Assembly (NCBI GenBank): GCA_021792555.1
Contig: JAJYUL010000016.1
Coordinates: forward strand, 1,632-65,631
Direction: 5' to 3'
DNA length: 64,000 bases
DNA from: Pseudomonadota bacterium
Lineage (GTDB): Bacteria > Pseudomonadota > Gammaproteobacteria > Steroidobacterales > Steroidobacteraceae
The notes under the pieces: model-generated
What the model was told of the DNA's origin: nothing
Seen by the model: the letters and a program-made list of their open reading frames with translations, nothing else
The model's database searches: none
Shown: positions 39,322 through 48,894 of the stretch, one piece after another
How positions within the stretch are numbered: the first letter of the stretch is position 1
Layout: each line of letters opens with the position of its first letter
Translations under genes and position numbers: made by a program

Positions 39322-42300
39322 TCACGCGCGCAGCCCGAAATGCGCGAAGCGCTCGGCGATGAGCGGCGAGTCGATTTCGGCGATGCGGATGTCCCGCTTC
39401 GCCCGCCGAGTCTCGCCCAGGCGCCGCTCGCAGATCCCGCGCCCGTAGAGCGCCCAGCCCACTGCCGGGTCCAGGCGCAGCGCCCCGTCATAGGCGCGGA
39501 TCGCGGCCCGGTAACGCCCCAGGCGCAGCAGGGCCAGTCCCTCGGCGTTCAGCGGCGCGCCGGCGTAGGGTGTCCGCTTCAGCGCCTCGGTGCACTCCGC
39601 CAGCGCCCGGTGCAGCGCGACGCCGGCGCTCGCCTCAATCCAGCACAGCCCGGCGAGTTCCGGTGCCGAGCGGGCCGCAGCGCGAGCCGCGGCGAAATCG
39701 CGCCGCGCGAGCACCCGTTCCCCCATTTTGCTGTAGACGATGCCGCGCTGAGCCAGGATGCCCAATCGGTACGGGCGCCGCCAGGCCGCAACCGGAATGC
39801 TCTGCTTAAGCAGCGCATCGAGCGTGCGCAGCGCGCGGTGGTAGTGCCGGGTTGCGGCCTCGAGTTTGGCCTGATCCAGCCGCGCTGCGGTGGAGTGGGG
39901 ATCGAGTCTGAGCGCTTCCTCGATGTCGGCGCGCCGTGCGGCGAGGTCACGCCACGAGCGATACTGCACGCGCATCGTGTAAGCCGTGCTCGAGCGCGAA
40001 TGCAGCCGCACGCCCTCGTGCAGCAGCACCCGGGCACGCGCCGGTGCGCCGAACGCCGCCTCGATCCTGCCCGCCATGAAGTAGGCGACCGGGCTGTCCG
40101 GCAGCGCTTTGATAAGCCGTGTGGCCTGACGCAGCGCCGCGGCGCGCTCCCGCGCACGCGCCAGAATCGCCGCGCGCACCCAATACAATTGCGGCAGCAG
40201 CAGTCCCGGCGGGGTGGCGCGGATCTGCCGGCGCGCATCCGCCGCGGCGCGGCGGTAATCGCCACGGCGCAGATAAGCCTGGCAGCGGAACTGCAGCGCC
40301 ATGAGCATTCTCGGATCGCGCCTCAGCGCCTGCGAGAGCCGCTTGATCGCCGTGCCCGTCCGGCCGGCATCGAATGCCAGGATACCCTGCGCGAGGGGCA
40401 CCAGATCATCGTGCGGATTGCGCGCGAGCGCCGCGGCGAGATCGCGCCCCGCGCGCGCGCTTGCTCCCTCCTCGATGTAGGCGAGCGCCCGATCGGCCAG
40501 CAGATCGCTGTGCGCGCCATAGAGCTTGATCGCGCGGTCGATGTCTGCGATGGCAGACTGCGGATCGTAGCGCCGCACCATCGCGTTGGCCGCGCGGGTG
40601 ACGCGCAGCATGGCGGCCCGCTTCACCGCGGCGCGGCTGGTCGGCAGACCGGCCGGGGCTCGCACGTACAGGTTCGAGGCGGACAGACGGCGCAGAATGC
40701 GCTGATCCGCCGCCGCCTGCTTCGCGGGGAATTCGCGCGCGACGCCCCGCCGGATCGCCACCGCCGTGAACACGCCGTCGCGAATGCGCGCGCGGCGCTC
40801 GTAGTGCACGCCGGCGACCGTGCGGTCTATATCGTCACCAACGACAGTGAAGCCCTTGCCTCCCTGAGGCAGGCGGATGGTCTCGCTGTCGCGCGTGTAG
40901 TAGGGGTAGGCGACCGCATACGGCGCGCCGCGGTTCGGGCCGGGCGGACGGGAGAAATCCGCCGGGTAGCCGACCGCCAGACCGTCCGTCAGGTAGTCGT
41001 GGTCGCGCCATTGGAGCCGGGCGGTTCCATCCATGATGAAGCGCTCCACGCGCGCCTTGCGGTCGTAGTGGGCCGAGACGGAGCGGATGTGCACGAAATC
41101 GTAGCGCCTGCTCCAGTAGCGGCGCAGGCCTTCATCGAGCTGATCCGGGGTGAGGTTCGCCAGGCGCTGCGCGAAGAACAGAGCCGCATCGCCCCGCATG
41201 CTGGTCTCGACGTGGAAGGGAGCGGGCTTCAGGAGCCCCGCGCTGGCGTCGATCGTGATGCGCGTGTCGAGGAGCGGATGCTTCGGCGGCGGCGGCACCA
41301 TGGGCAGCAGATGCGCCCCGTGCGCGATCAGCGGCAGGCCCCAGTGATAGTACGGCGTGCGCAGCTGCGCCAGGCTGCGGTCGCCGAGCCGTGTGCCGTC
41401 CATCCAGTACGTCCGCCCATCGATCACCGCGCGGACCAGCACGTGGTCGAACAGCTGGATCATGGGCAGCCGGCCGGCCAGCGCATCACCGCCCGCCACG
41501 CTCACCGCCACCGGCTCGGCGTCGATGCCGAGCGCGTGCAGCAGTGCGAGCAGCAGCACGGTCTTGGCCTTGCAGTCGCCGAAGCGCCGCGACCAGGTGA
41601 GATCGGCCGCCGCCGGCATCAGCCCGCCGTCGTTGAAATCGAGGAACAGATAGCGCACCTGATTCTCGACCAGGCGCAGTGCGAGTGCGGCCTGCCGCCG
41701 GGGGTCGGAGCTCTCGGCGCGGATGCGCGCCACTTGCGCGAGCAGCGGGGAGTGTGGGCCGAGCCTCGCCGCCGCGCGGTACAGCGGCGCGAAGCGCCGC
41801 GCGAGCTGCGCCCAGGATCGCAAGGCGGTGAAGTCCAGGCGCCGCGCAACCAGAAAGCGCAGCGGCGCGAAGCGCGGCTGCAGCACCGGTTGCACGTTGC
41901 GCATGGTGAGGCTGATCCCGATGTCCCCGCCGGCGCGGATCCGGTGCACGCCCGTGAGCCCCTGGCCCGCCTGCCAGCGGATCGGCAGCGAGGGGCTCCA
42001 CAGCGCGCGCATGTGCAGCAGCGACACCGGCAGCGCCGGAGGAACCTGGATTTCGGCCGAAGGGGTCCCGGCGAGCAGCGGCTCGCGGCGCTCGAGCGTA
42101 TAGGACACGACCACGATGTCGCCGACGCGCAGATCGGGCGGCTGCAGAATGGCCGTCAGGGTGTCATCGAGCGTGGCGGCCTCGAGGTTGGTTTCACGCT
42201 TGGCGATGGTGAACTTGCGCCCCCCGCCGAGCAGGTTGATGATCTTGCCGGCACGGATCAGCTCGATCTTGTGCACGATCATCACGTCGGTGTCGGGATC

Positions 42301-42570
42301 CCACATCAGCGTGATCGTGCCGAGCGCGGAAAGTCCCGCCGGGGTCTGGATGCGTATGGCGTTCTCGACGTAGTACTTGACCACGTCGGCGGTGAGCTCG
42401 ATCTGCCGGTCGGCGAGCAGGAACTTCACGGCCGCCCGGCCGCTCTTGCCGGCCGCCGGCACGTGCTGCGGGTGCACCCAGGAGCCGGGCGGAGCGAAGC
42501 GCAGATGGTTCGCAGCGAACGCGACGTGAAACGCGCACAGCGCAAGCAATCCCACGGCGATGCGGCGCAT
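39322..42570 (-). CDS. Secreted DUF3857 / transglutaminase-like / TPR-repeat protein (1082 aa)
   Basis: Signal peptide MRRIAVGLLALCAFHVAFA. N-terminal DUF3857-like region. Transglutaminase-core Cys context RRFGDCKAKTVLLLALLHALGI. The C-terminal ~450 aa are TPR-like. Confidence 0.8.
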   Translation of the reverse strand: MRRIAVGLLALCAFHVAFAANHLRFAPPGSWVHPQHVPAAGKSGRAAVKFLLADRQIELTADVVKYYVENAIRIQTPAGLSALGTITLMWDPDTDVMIVHKIELIRAGKIINLLGGGRKFTIAKRETNLEAATLDDTLTAILQPPDLRVGDIVVVSYTLERREPLLAGTPSAEIQVPPALPVSLLHMRALWSPSLPIRWQAGQGLTGVHRIRAGGDIGISLTMRNVQPVLQPRFAPLRFLVARRLDFTALRSWAQLARRFAPLYRAAARLGPHSPLLAQVARIRAESSDPRRQAALALRLVENQVRYLFLDFNDGGLMPAAADLTWSRRFGDCKAKTVLLLALLHALGIDAEPVAVSVAGGDALAGRLPMIQLFDHVLVRAVIDGRTYWMDGTRLGDRSLAQLRTPYYHWGLPLIAHGAHLLPMVPPPPKHPLLDTRITIDASAGLLKPAPFHVETSMRGDAALFFAQRLANLTPDQLDEGLRRYWSRRYDFVHIRSVSAHYDRKARVERFIMDGTARLQWRDHDYLTDGLAVGYPADFSRPPGPNRGAPYAVAYPYYTRDSETIRLPQGGKGFTVVGDDIDRTVAGVHYERRARIRDGVFTAVAIRRGVAREFPAKQAAADQRILRRLSASNLYVRAPAGLPTSRAAVKRAAMLRVTRAANAMVRRYDPQSAIADIDRAIKLYGAHSDLLADRALAYIEEGASARAGRDLAAALARNPHDDLVPLAQGILAFDAGRTGTAIKRLSQALRRDPRMLMALQFRCQAYLRRGDYRRAAADARRQIRATPPGLLLPQLYWVRAAILARARERAAALRQATRLIKALPDSPVAYFMAGRIEAAFGAPARARVLLHEGVRLHSRSSTAYTMRVQYRSWRDLAARRADIEEALRLDPHSTAARLDQAKLEAATRHYHRALRTLDALLKQSIPVAAWRRPYRLGILAQRGIVYSKMGERVLARRDFAAARAAARSAPELAGLCWIEASAGVALHRALAECTEALKRTPYAGAPLNAEGLALLRLGRYRAAIRAYDGALRLDPAVGWALYGRGICERRLGETRRAKRDIRIAEIDSPLIAERFAHFGLRA

Positions 42571-42702
42571 CGGCACAGTGCCCCCTTCGTGATGGTGCCG
42601 GTCGGGCGGTGTGCGGCGGCTGGGTGCGCCGCCGCAGCGCGGTCCGGCTGTGTAGCGCAGGCATCTTAGCATCCGCGCGCACCACCGCCGGCAGTGTGCG
42701 CG

Positions 42703-43092
42703 TCAACGAAGGTCAGGCAGCAGGAACGCATCGCGCGCCGCGCGGCTGGCGAGCCGCCGCGGGCTGTACCAGCGGGCCAGCGCGCCCGGATCGAGCAAAT
42801 CCGGGTTCACCGCCGCGAAGGATGCGAAATCCGGATACGCGCGCGCCGCGAGCCGCTCGGCGATGAGCGAGAGGAACGCCACGGTGACGGTCTGGTGAAA
42901 CTTCTCCGGCCGGCCGGCCCGCCCGCACAGGCGGCGCAGAGCGCGCGAGTAGCGCACCGCGCCGTCGAGGAATTCGTAACGGCGCAGCATTTCGAAGCCG
43001 ATGCGCACGTGCTCGCGGTGCGTCAGCGCCGCCGGGTCGAGCCGCCCGCGCTCGAAGCGCTCGAGATCCGGGCACCGCTCAGTGCTGCTCAT
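42703..43092 (-). CDS. Hypothetical helical protein (129 aa), coupled to the upstream RHH gene
   Basis: 14-nt overlap with the preceding gene (ATGAGCAGCACTGA). No family recognised. Confidence 0.5.
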   Translation of the reverse strand: MSSTERCPDLERFERGRLDPAALTHREHVRIGFEMLRRYEFLDGAVRYSRALRRLCGRAGRPEKFHQTVTVAFLSLIAERLAARAYPDFASFAAVNPDLLDPGALARWYSPRRLASRAARDAFLLPDLR

Positions 43093-43333
43093 CGGACTCG
43101 CGCAGGGTGTGGGCATCGGCGGCGCTGAGCTCGAGTCCGTAGATCCGCTTCAGCGCCCTGATCTTGCGCAGCGTCTCGGCGGAAAACGGCGCCCTGCCCT
43201 CGAAGGCGTGCAGCACCATCCCTTCGAGCAGATCACCCAGCGAGAGGTCGAGGTCGGCGGCCAGGGCTTTCAGCACCTTCAGCACCCGAGTCTCCATGCG
43301 CACCCCGGTCTGCACCCGCGTCACGGTCTTCAT
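43079..43333 (-). CDS. Small ribbon-helix-helix-like DNA-binding protein
   Basis: MKTVTRVQTGVRMETRVLKVLKALAADLDLSLGDLLEGMVLHAF fits a beta-alpha-alpha pattern. Alternative start at 43357. Confidence 0.5.
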   Translation of the reverse strand: MKTVTRVQTGVRMETRVLKVLKALAADLDLSLGDLLEGMVLHAFEGRAPFSAETLRKIRALKRIYGLELSAADAHTLRESDEQH

Positions 43334-43340
43334 GCAGCTA

Positions 43341-43364
43341 TGGTACCAAAGTACCATGGTACCA
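43341..43364. promoter_or_regulatory. Overlapping palindromes built on three GGTACC/GTACC units; candidate operator
   Basis: TGGTACCAAAGTACCATGGTACCA. GTACCATGGTAC (43351-43362) is a perfect 12-bp palindrome, and TGGTACCA occurs twice. Confidence 0.45.
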
Positions 43365-43528
43365 GCCAGGCGCGCGAGCGTCGCGCCGCACCAACGGTCC
43401 GCCCGGTAGAATGCGCGCTGGCATTCAATCGCGAGCTTGAACGTGACCAGCAAGCGCGGCAGCGGGGAACCCCCGGGGGCGCCGACAGGTCAATCCGGCT
43501 CTCGGGAACACTCTGGAGGCAATCCGCC

Positions 43529-44554
43529 ATGACCGGCACCGGCCCGCTCGTCCAATCCGCTCCTCCCGCGAACGCCGCCCGGCCGGGCGGCGCCGCGCAG
43601 GCCGCCTTCGCCCGGCTGCGGGATTATCTGCGCAGCCAGATCCTCGGCCAGGAGACACTGGTCGAGCGGCTGCTGGTGGCGCTGCTCTCGGACGGGCACC
43701 TGCTGGTGGAGGGCCCGCCGGGGCTGGCCAAGACCCGCGCCATCAAAGCGTTGGCGCACGCGGTGGAGGCGGATTTCCAGCGCGTGCAGTTCACGCCCGA
43801 TCTGCTGCCGGCGGATCTGACCGGCTCGGATATCTACCGCCCCGAGGAAGGCACGTTCCGCTTCCAGCGCGGCCCGCTGTTCCACAATCTGATCCTGGCG
43901 GACGAGATCAACCGCGCGCCGGCCAAGGTGCAATCGGCGCTGCTTGAGGCCATGGCCGAGCGGCAGATCAGCGTCGGGGCGGCGAGCTACCCGCTGCCGC
44001 CGCTCTTCCTGGTCATGGCGACCCAGAATCCCATCGAGCAGGAGGGCACCTACCCTCTGCCCGAGGCGCAGCTCGACCGCTTCATGCTGCACACCCGCAT
44101 CGACTATCCGGACCGCGCCACGACGCTGAAGGTGATGGCGCTGGCGCGCAGCGAGGCGATCAGCCAGCGCGAGCTTGCGCCGCCGGCGCAGCGCATGACC
44201 CAGGAGCTCGTCTTCAGCGCGCGCCGCGAGATCCTCGCGCTCACCCTGTCGGACCCCGTGGCCGAATACATCGCCGCGCTGGTCGATGCCACGCGCCGCC
44301 CCGAGCCGTACAGCGCGCAGCTGCGCCAGTGGCTGCGTTGGGGCGCGAGCCCGCGCGCGGCGATCGCCATCGAGCGCGGCGCGCGCGCCCTCGCCTGGCT
44401 CGACGGGCGGGACTTCGTCAGCCCCGAGGACGTGCAGGCGATCGCCCCCGATGCGCTGCGCCACCGGCTGCTCGTGGACTACACCGCTCAGGCGCAGGGC
44501 GTGAGTGCCGAGAGCTGCATCAACGAGCTGCTGAGCCGCGTGCCGGCCCCATGA
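43529..44554 (+). CDS. moxR: MoxR-family AAA+ ATPase
   Basis: Walker A EGPPGLAKT and Walker B LILADEINRAPAKVQSALLEAM. Confidence 0.9.
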   Translation: MTGTGPLVQSAPPANAARPGGAAQAAFARLRDYLRSQILGQETLVERLLVALLSDGHLLVEGPPGLAKTRAIKALAHAVEADFQRVQFTPDLLPADLTGSDIYRPEEGTFRFQRGPLFHNLILADEINRAPAKVQSALLEAMAERQISVGAASYPLPPLFLVMATQNPIEQEGTYPLPEAQLDRFMLHTRIDYPDRATTLKVMALARSEAISQRELAPPAQRMTQELVFSARREILALTLSDPVAEYIAALVDATRRPEPYSAQLRQWLRWGASPRAAIAIERGARALAWLDGRDFVSPEDVQAIAPDALRHRLLVDYTAQAQGVSAESCINELLSRVPAP

Positions 44555-44558
44555 GACG

Positions 44559-45461
44559 ATGATCATCCCGACGCTCGAGGAACTGCTGGCGCTGCGCGGC
44601 GCCGCGCACGGCCTGTCGCTCCAGGGCCGCAAGCGCGCGCGCGCCGCGCTGATCGGTGCGCACGCGAGCGCACAGCGCGGCCGCGGCCTGGAATTCCAGG
44701 AGGTGCGGCCCTACACCCCGGGCGATGACCCGCGCAACATCGACTGGCGGGTGACGGCGAGGCGCGGCCGGGCGCACACCAAGCTCTATCATGAAGAGCG
44801 TGAACGCCCGGTGTGGCTGCTGGTCGATCTGCAGCCGGGGTGCTTCTTCGGCAGCCGCCGGCAGCTGAAGTCCGCGCTCATCGTGCGCGCCGCGGCGCTG
44901 CTCGCCTGGATCGCCGCACTCGACGGCGATCGGGTCGGCGCGGTGATCGCGAGCAGCCCCGCCACGGTGCGTATCCTGCCCGCGCAATCCCGCCTGCGCG
45001 GCGTGTTGCCGCTGCTCGATGCGCTGCTCGCCGCGCAGCCGACCGCACCGGCCGAGCCGGCCCCGCAGGCTCTGAGCGCCGCGCTGCGCGCCGCGGCGCA
45101 GCTGATCCGCCCGGGCAGCCAGATCCTGGCGCTGAGCGATTTCGCCGCCCTGGCCGCGCAGGACGACAGTGCGTGGCTGCCGATCGCGCGGCACACCGAC
45201 ATCCGCCTGTATTGGGCCACCGATCCGCTCGAGGCGCAGGGGCTGCCGGCGGGGCGCTACCGGGCCGGCCTACCCGGCCGCGTCACGGTGCTCGACGGAG
45301 AGCGCGCCCGCGCCGCCTGGCGCAGCGCGTGGCAGGAGCGCGAGCGGCACCTGACCCAATTGTCCCAACGGCTTGCGGCCCCGGTGGTGCGCCTGGATAC
45401 CTCCGTGTCGGTCGAATCGGTGCTGCGCCCGGCGCTGCTCGGGGGATCTTCGGCGGCATGA
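44559..45461 (+). CDS. DUF58 domain protein (MoxR-associated)
   Basis: GLEFQEVRPYTPGDDPRNIDWRVTARRGRAHTKLYHEERE. Confidence 0.85.
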   Translation: MIIPTLEELLALRGAAHGLSLQGRKRARAALIGAHASAQRGRGLEFQEVRPYTPGDDPRNIDWRVTARRGRAHTKLYHEERERPVWLLVDLQPGCFFGSRRQLKSALIVRAAALLAWIAALDGDRVGAVIASSPATVRILPAQSRLRGVLPLLDALLAAQPTAPAEPAPQALSAALRAAAQLIRPGSQILALSDFAALAAQDDSAWLPIARHTDIRLYWATDPLEAQGLPAGRYRAGLPGRVTVLDGERARAAWRSAWQERERHLTQLSQRLAAPVVRLDTSVSVESVLRPALLGGSSAA

Positions 45462-45934
45462 GCCCCGACTGGCTGACACAACTCGCCCCTGCGCACGCGC
45501 CGCCGCCGCCTTCGGCGTGGCCGCCGGCGCCGGGCTGGTGGATGCTCGCAGCGCTGCTGCTCGCGCTGCTCGCCGGCGCGCTGTGGCGGTGGCGCGATCC
45601 GCGGCGCCGCCGCGTGCGCGCCGCCCTGCGCGAGCTGCGCCGGATCCGTGCCGCCAATCCCGACCCGCAGACCAGCGCGCGCGCCATCGAGAGCCTGTTG
45701 CGCCGCTACGCCATGGCGGTGTTCGGCCGTGAGCGCGTCGCACGTCTCACCGGCGAGGCGTGGCTCGCATTTCTCGGCGCCGAGGGCGCCGGGCAGCTCG
45801 CCGGCGAGTACGGCCGGGGCCTGCTCAACGCGGCCTTCGGCGCACACGCGCAGGATCAGCGCGCCGAATGGCTGGCCGGCGCCGACGGTTTCGTGCGCCG
45901 TGCCGGGCGCAAAACCCAGCCGGAGCGCGCCTGA
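45458..45934 (+). CDS. DUF4381-like membrane protein
   Basis: ATGA overlap with the preceding gene. PPAPGWWMLAALLLALLAGALWRW. Confidence 0.65.
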   Translation: MSPDWLTQLAPAHAPPPPSAWPPAPGWWMLAALLLALLAGALWRWRDPRRRRVRAALRELRRIRAANPDPQTSARAIESLLRRYAMAVFGRERVARLTGEAWLAFLGAEGAGQLAGEYGRGLLNAAFGAHAQDQRAEWLAGADGFVRRAGRKTQPERA

Positions 45935-46899
45935 TGTTCCATTTTGCGTGGCCGTGGATGGTCCTGCTCGCGCCGCTGCCCTGGGTCCTGCGACGCGTGC
46001 TGCCTGCCACCGAGCCGCGCGGCGCGGCGCTGTTCGTGCCGATGGCGGCGGACGTGAGCGCAGCGGGCGCCGGCGCGCCGCGCACCTCGCGCGCCGACGG
46101 CGCGCTGTTCTCGGCCGCGTGGCTGCTGCTGATCCTCGCGGCGATGCGGCCGCAGTGGCTGGGCGCGCCCGTCCCGGTGCACACCGAGGGCCGGCAGATC
46201 ATTCTGGCGATAGACTGCTCCGGCTCCATGGCCACCGAGGACATGGGCGGCGGGCAGAGCCGGCTGCAGGTGGTGCAACAGGTCGCCGGGCGTTTCGTCA
46301 GCGGCCGGCACGGCGATCAGGTCGGGCTGATTCTGTTCGGAACCCGCCCATACCTGCAGGCGCCGCTGACGAGCGACCTCGGCACGGTGCATCGCTTCCT
46401 CGATGAGGCGGTGGTGGGCGTGGCCGGCCCGCAGACCGCCATCGGGGATGCCATCGGGCTGGCGATCAAGACTCTGCGGCAGGACAACCGTGGAGCGCGC
46501 ACGCGCCGCCAGCCGCTGATGATTCTGCTCACCGACGGCGGCAACAATGCCGGCGTCATGCCGCCGCTCGAGGCGGCGCGCCTCGCCGCCGAGACCGGCC
46601 TGCGCATCGACACCATCGGGGTCGGCGCGGCCGTGCATCAGACGTTCTTCGGCGTCAGCGGCAACACCGATCTGGATCAGCAGCTGCTGAAGAAGATCGC
46701 CAAGATCACCGGCGGACGCTACTTTCGCGCCACCGACCGGGGCGCGCTGCGCGCGGTCTACCGTCAGATCGACCGCCTCGAGCCGGTGGCCGGCGATCGG
46801 CGCTGGCTGCGTCCGAGCACGGAGTGGTTCGCCCTGCCGCTCTCCCTGGCGCTGCTGCTCAGCCTCCCAGCGGCGTGGCGCATGACGGAGCGGGCGTAG
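45934..46899 (+). CDS. batA: VWA-domain protein BatA
   Basis: MIDAS motif LAIDCSGSM. TM segments at both ends. Confidence 0.85.
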   Translation: MFHFAWPWMVLLAPLPWVLRRVLPATEPRGAALFVPMAADVSAAGAGAPRTSRADGALFSAAWLLLILAAMRPQWLGAPVPVHTEGRQIILAIDCSGSMATEDMGGGQSRLQVVQQVAGRFVSGRHGDQVGLILFGTRPYLQAPLTSDLGTVHRFLDEAVVGVAGPQTAIGDAIGLAIKTLRQDNRGARTRRQPLMILLTDGGNNAGVMPPLEAARLAAETGLRIDTIGVGAAVHQTFFGVSGNTDLDQQLLKKIAKITGGRYFRATDRGALRAVYRQIDRLEPVAGDRRWLRPSTEWFALPLSLALLLSLPAAWRMTERA

Positions 46900-46903
46900 T
46901 CGC

Positions 46904-47893
46904 ATGCTGCACGGCTTTCACTTCCTGCACCCGCTGGTCCTGCTTGCGCTGCTGCCGCTGTGGGCGCTCACGATCTGGCTCGCCCGGCGCCGCGCACGCG
47001 ACGGCGCCTGGCCGCGCCTGGTGGACGCGGAGCTGTTACCGCTGCTGCGCTTCGGCGCCGGCGGACGCGGCCGCTCGCCCTGGCCGCTGATCGGCGCGAT
47101 CTGGACGCTCGCGGTGGTGGCGCTCGCCGGCCCGAGCTGGCAGCGGCAGGTCACGGCCGCCTACCGGCTGCCGGCCGCCTGGGTGATCGCGCTGCAACTC
47201 TCCCCGTCCATGGAGGCAAGCGATCTTCCTCCAAGCCGGATCGCCAGAGCGCGCTTCGCGGTCGATGACCTGTTGTCGGCCGCGCACGATGCGCGAGTGG
47301 GACTGGTGGCGTTCGCCGGCGAGGCCTACACGGTCGCACCGCTCACTACGGATGTCGCGACCGTGCGCAATCTCAGCCGGGCGCTCTCGCCGCACCTGAT
47401 GCCCGAGCACGGCGCGCGGCTCGCCCCGGCGCTCAGCACCGCCGCGCGGCTGCTGAAATCCTGGCCCGGCCGTGATCGGCAGATCATCGTGCTGATGGAC
47501 GGGGTGCACGATCCGGCGCGCGCCATGCAAGCGGCCGCAAGGCTGCGCCGGGCAGGCATCACCGTGAATATCGTCGGCGTCGGCACCACCGCCGGCGCGC
47601 CGGCGCCGGACGGCGGCGGCGGCTTCCGGCGCGGACCTGGCGGCCAGGTCTTGATGACGCGGCTGCATCCCGGAACGCTGCGCCGCATCGCCGCGGCCGG
47701 CGGAGGCGAGTTCGTCATGTTGAATCGGCTGCCGAGCCTGATCAGCGAGCTGCATGCCACCGGGCTGGTGAGCCTCGGCAGCGCGCGTGCCACGCCGCGC
47801 GTGCGTCTGTCGAGCTGGCTGAACGACGGCATCTGGCTGCTGCCGCTGATCGTGCTCCTTGCGGCGCTCGCGGCCCGGCGGGGATGGGTGTGA
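46904..47893 (+). CDS. batB: VWA-domain protein BatB
   Basis: VIALQLSPSM...VLMDGV, an N-terminal TM pair and a C-terminal TM. Confidence 0.8.
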   Translation: MLHGFHFLHPLVLLALLPLWALTIWLARRRARDGAWPRLVDAELLPLLRFGAGGRGRSPWPLIGAIWTLAVVALAGPSWQRQVTAAYRLPAAWVIALQLSPSMEASDLPPSRIARARFAVDDLLSAAHDARVGLVAFAGEAYTVAPLTTDVATVRNLSRALSPHLMPEHGARLAPALSTAARLLKSWPGRDRQIIVLMDGVHDPARAMQAAARLRRAGITVNIVGVGTTAGAPAPDGGGGFRRGPGGQVLMTRLHPGTLRRIAAAGGGEFVMLNRLPSLISELHATGLVSLGSARATPRVRLSSWLNDGIWLLPLIVLLAALAARRGWV

Positions 47894-48894
47894 GCGCGCG
47901 CGCCGCAGCGCTGGTGGCCCTCGGCTGTCTGGTGAGCGCGCCGGCGTTCGCCGGCGTCTGGGCGAATCTCTGGCGCACGCCCGATCAGCAGGGCGAGGCG
48001 CTGCTCGCGGCCGGCCGCCCGGCGCAGGCGGCGGCGCGCTTCACCAGTGCGCGCCGCAAGGCGTACGCGGATCTGGAGGCAGGCGACTACGCCCCGGCGG
48101 CGCGCCTGCTCGCGCCGTACAAGGACCCGACCTCCGAGTACAACCGCGGCAATGCGCTGGCGCACCTCGGACACCTGCACGCCGCGCTCGCCGCTTATGA
48201 CGCGGCGCTGAAGCAGGCGCCGCATGACCGGGACATCCGCCACAACCGCGACCTGATCAAACGCATGCTCGCGCACCGGCCGCCCCCGCAGTCAGCGCCC
48301 AAGCAAGGCTCCAAGGGCCGGCCTGCGCAAACCGGCGGCTCCAGCGGCAAGTCCGGACAACACTCCGGCCAGAGCGGGCAGAGCGGCTCACCACCGCACG
48401 GGGCGCAGGGCCGTGCGGGACACGGGCACGGCGCGGGCCGCGCTCGCAAGTCCGGGGGGAAGTCGGGACAGCAGACAGGACACAGCGGCAAGACGGCCGC
48501 GCATGCCGGCGGACAGCGAGCGGGACAAGGCGTCCACCCGAGGCGCACCGGCGCACAGTCGGCCGCGCGAAGCGCCGCGCCGGCGGGAACTTCGGGCGCC
48601 GGCTCGCACGCGCGCAGCCCCGGGCAGGCGCGCCGCGACGCCGCACTCGCCGCCGCGCTCGCCCGGCAGCAAGGCAAGGGCCCCCGCGGCAGCGCCCGGC
48701 GTGATGCGCGCCGGGCGGCCCGCAGCCTCCTGCCGGAGTACGGCGGGCAACGGAGGCAGCCGCCGAAGCCGATGAGCGAGAGGAAATTGGCGCTCGATCA
48801 GTGGCTGCGGCAGATTCCGAACGACCCGGCCGGCCTGCTGCGGCGCAAATTCCTGATCGAATACATGCTGCGGCATCCGGGGGCAAACCGATGA
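47884..48894 (+). CDS. batC: TPR-containing BatC-like protein with a long Gly/Ser/Gln/Lys-rich low-complexity region
   Basis: Signal peptide, TPR segment YNRGNALAHLGHLHAALAAYDAALKQAP, and conserved tail LDQWLRQIPNDPAGLLRRKF. Confidence 0.75.
   Translation: MGVSARAAALVALGCLVSAPAFAGVWANLWRTPDQQGEALLAAGRPAQAAARFTSARRKAYADLEAGDYAPAARLLAPYKDPTSEYNRGNALAHLGHLHAALAAYDAALKQAPHDRDIRHNRDLIKRMLAHRPPPQSAPKQGSKGRPAQTGGSSGKSGQHSGQSGQSGSPPHGAQGRAGHGHGAGRARKSGGKSGQQTGHSGKTAAHAGGQRAGQGVHPRRTGAQSAARSAAPAGTSGAGSHARSPGQARRDAALAAALARQQGKGPRGSARRDARRAARSLLPEYGGQRRQPPKPMSERKLALDQWLRQIPNDPAGLLRRKFLIEYMLRHPGANR

Noticed and set aside
39340-42669. 1109-aa plus-strand ORF opposite the transglutaminase/TPR gene
   Set aside because: The minus-strand product has a signal peptide, a transglutaminase core and TPR repeats. 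The plus-strand product is Arg/Gly/Ala-rich with no motifs.
48290-48560. Repetitive-looking DNA (GGCAAGTCCGGACA / GGCCAGAGCGGGCAGAGCGGC...) that might be a tandem repeat or array
   Set aside because: It is in frame within the batC homolog and encodes low-complexity G/S/Q/K sequence. There is no unit repeat with spacers.
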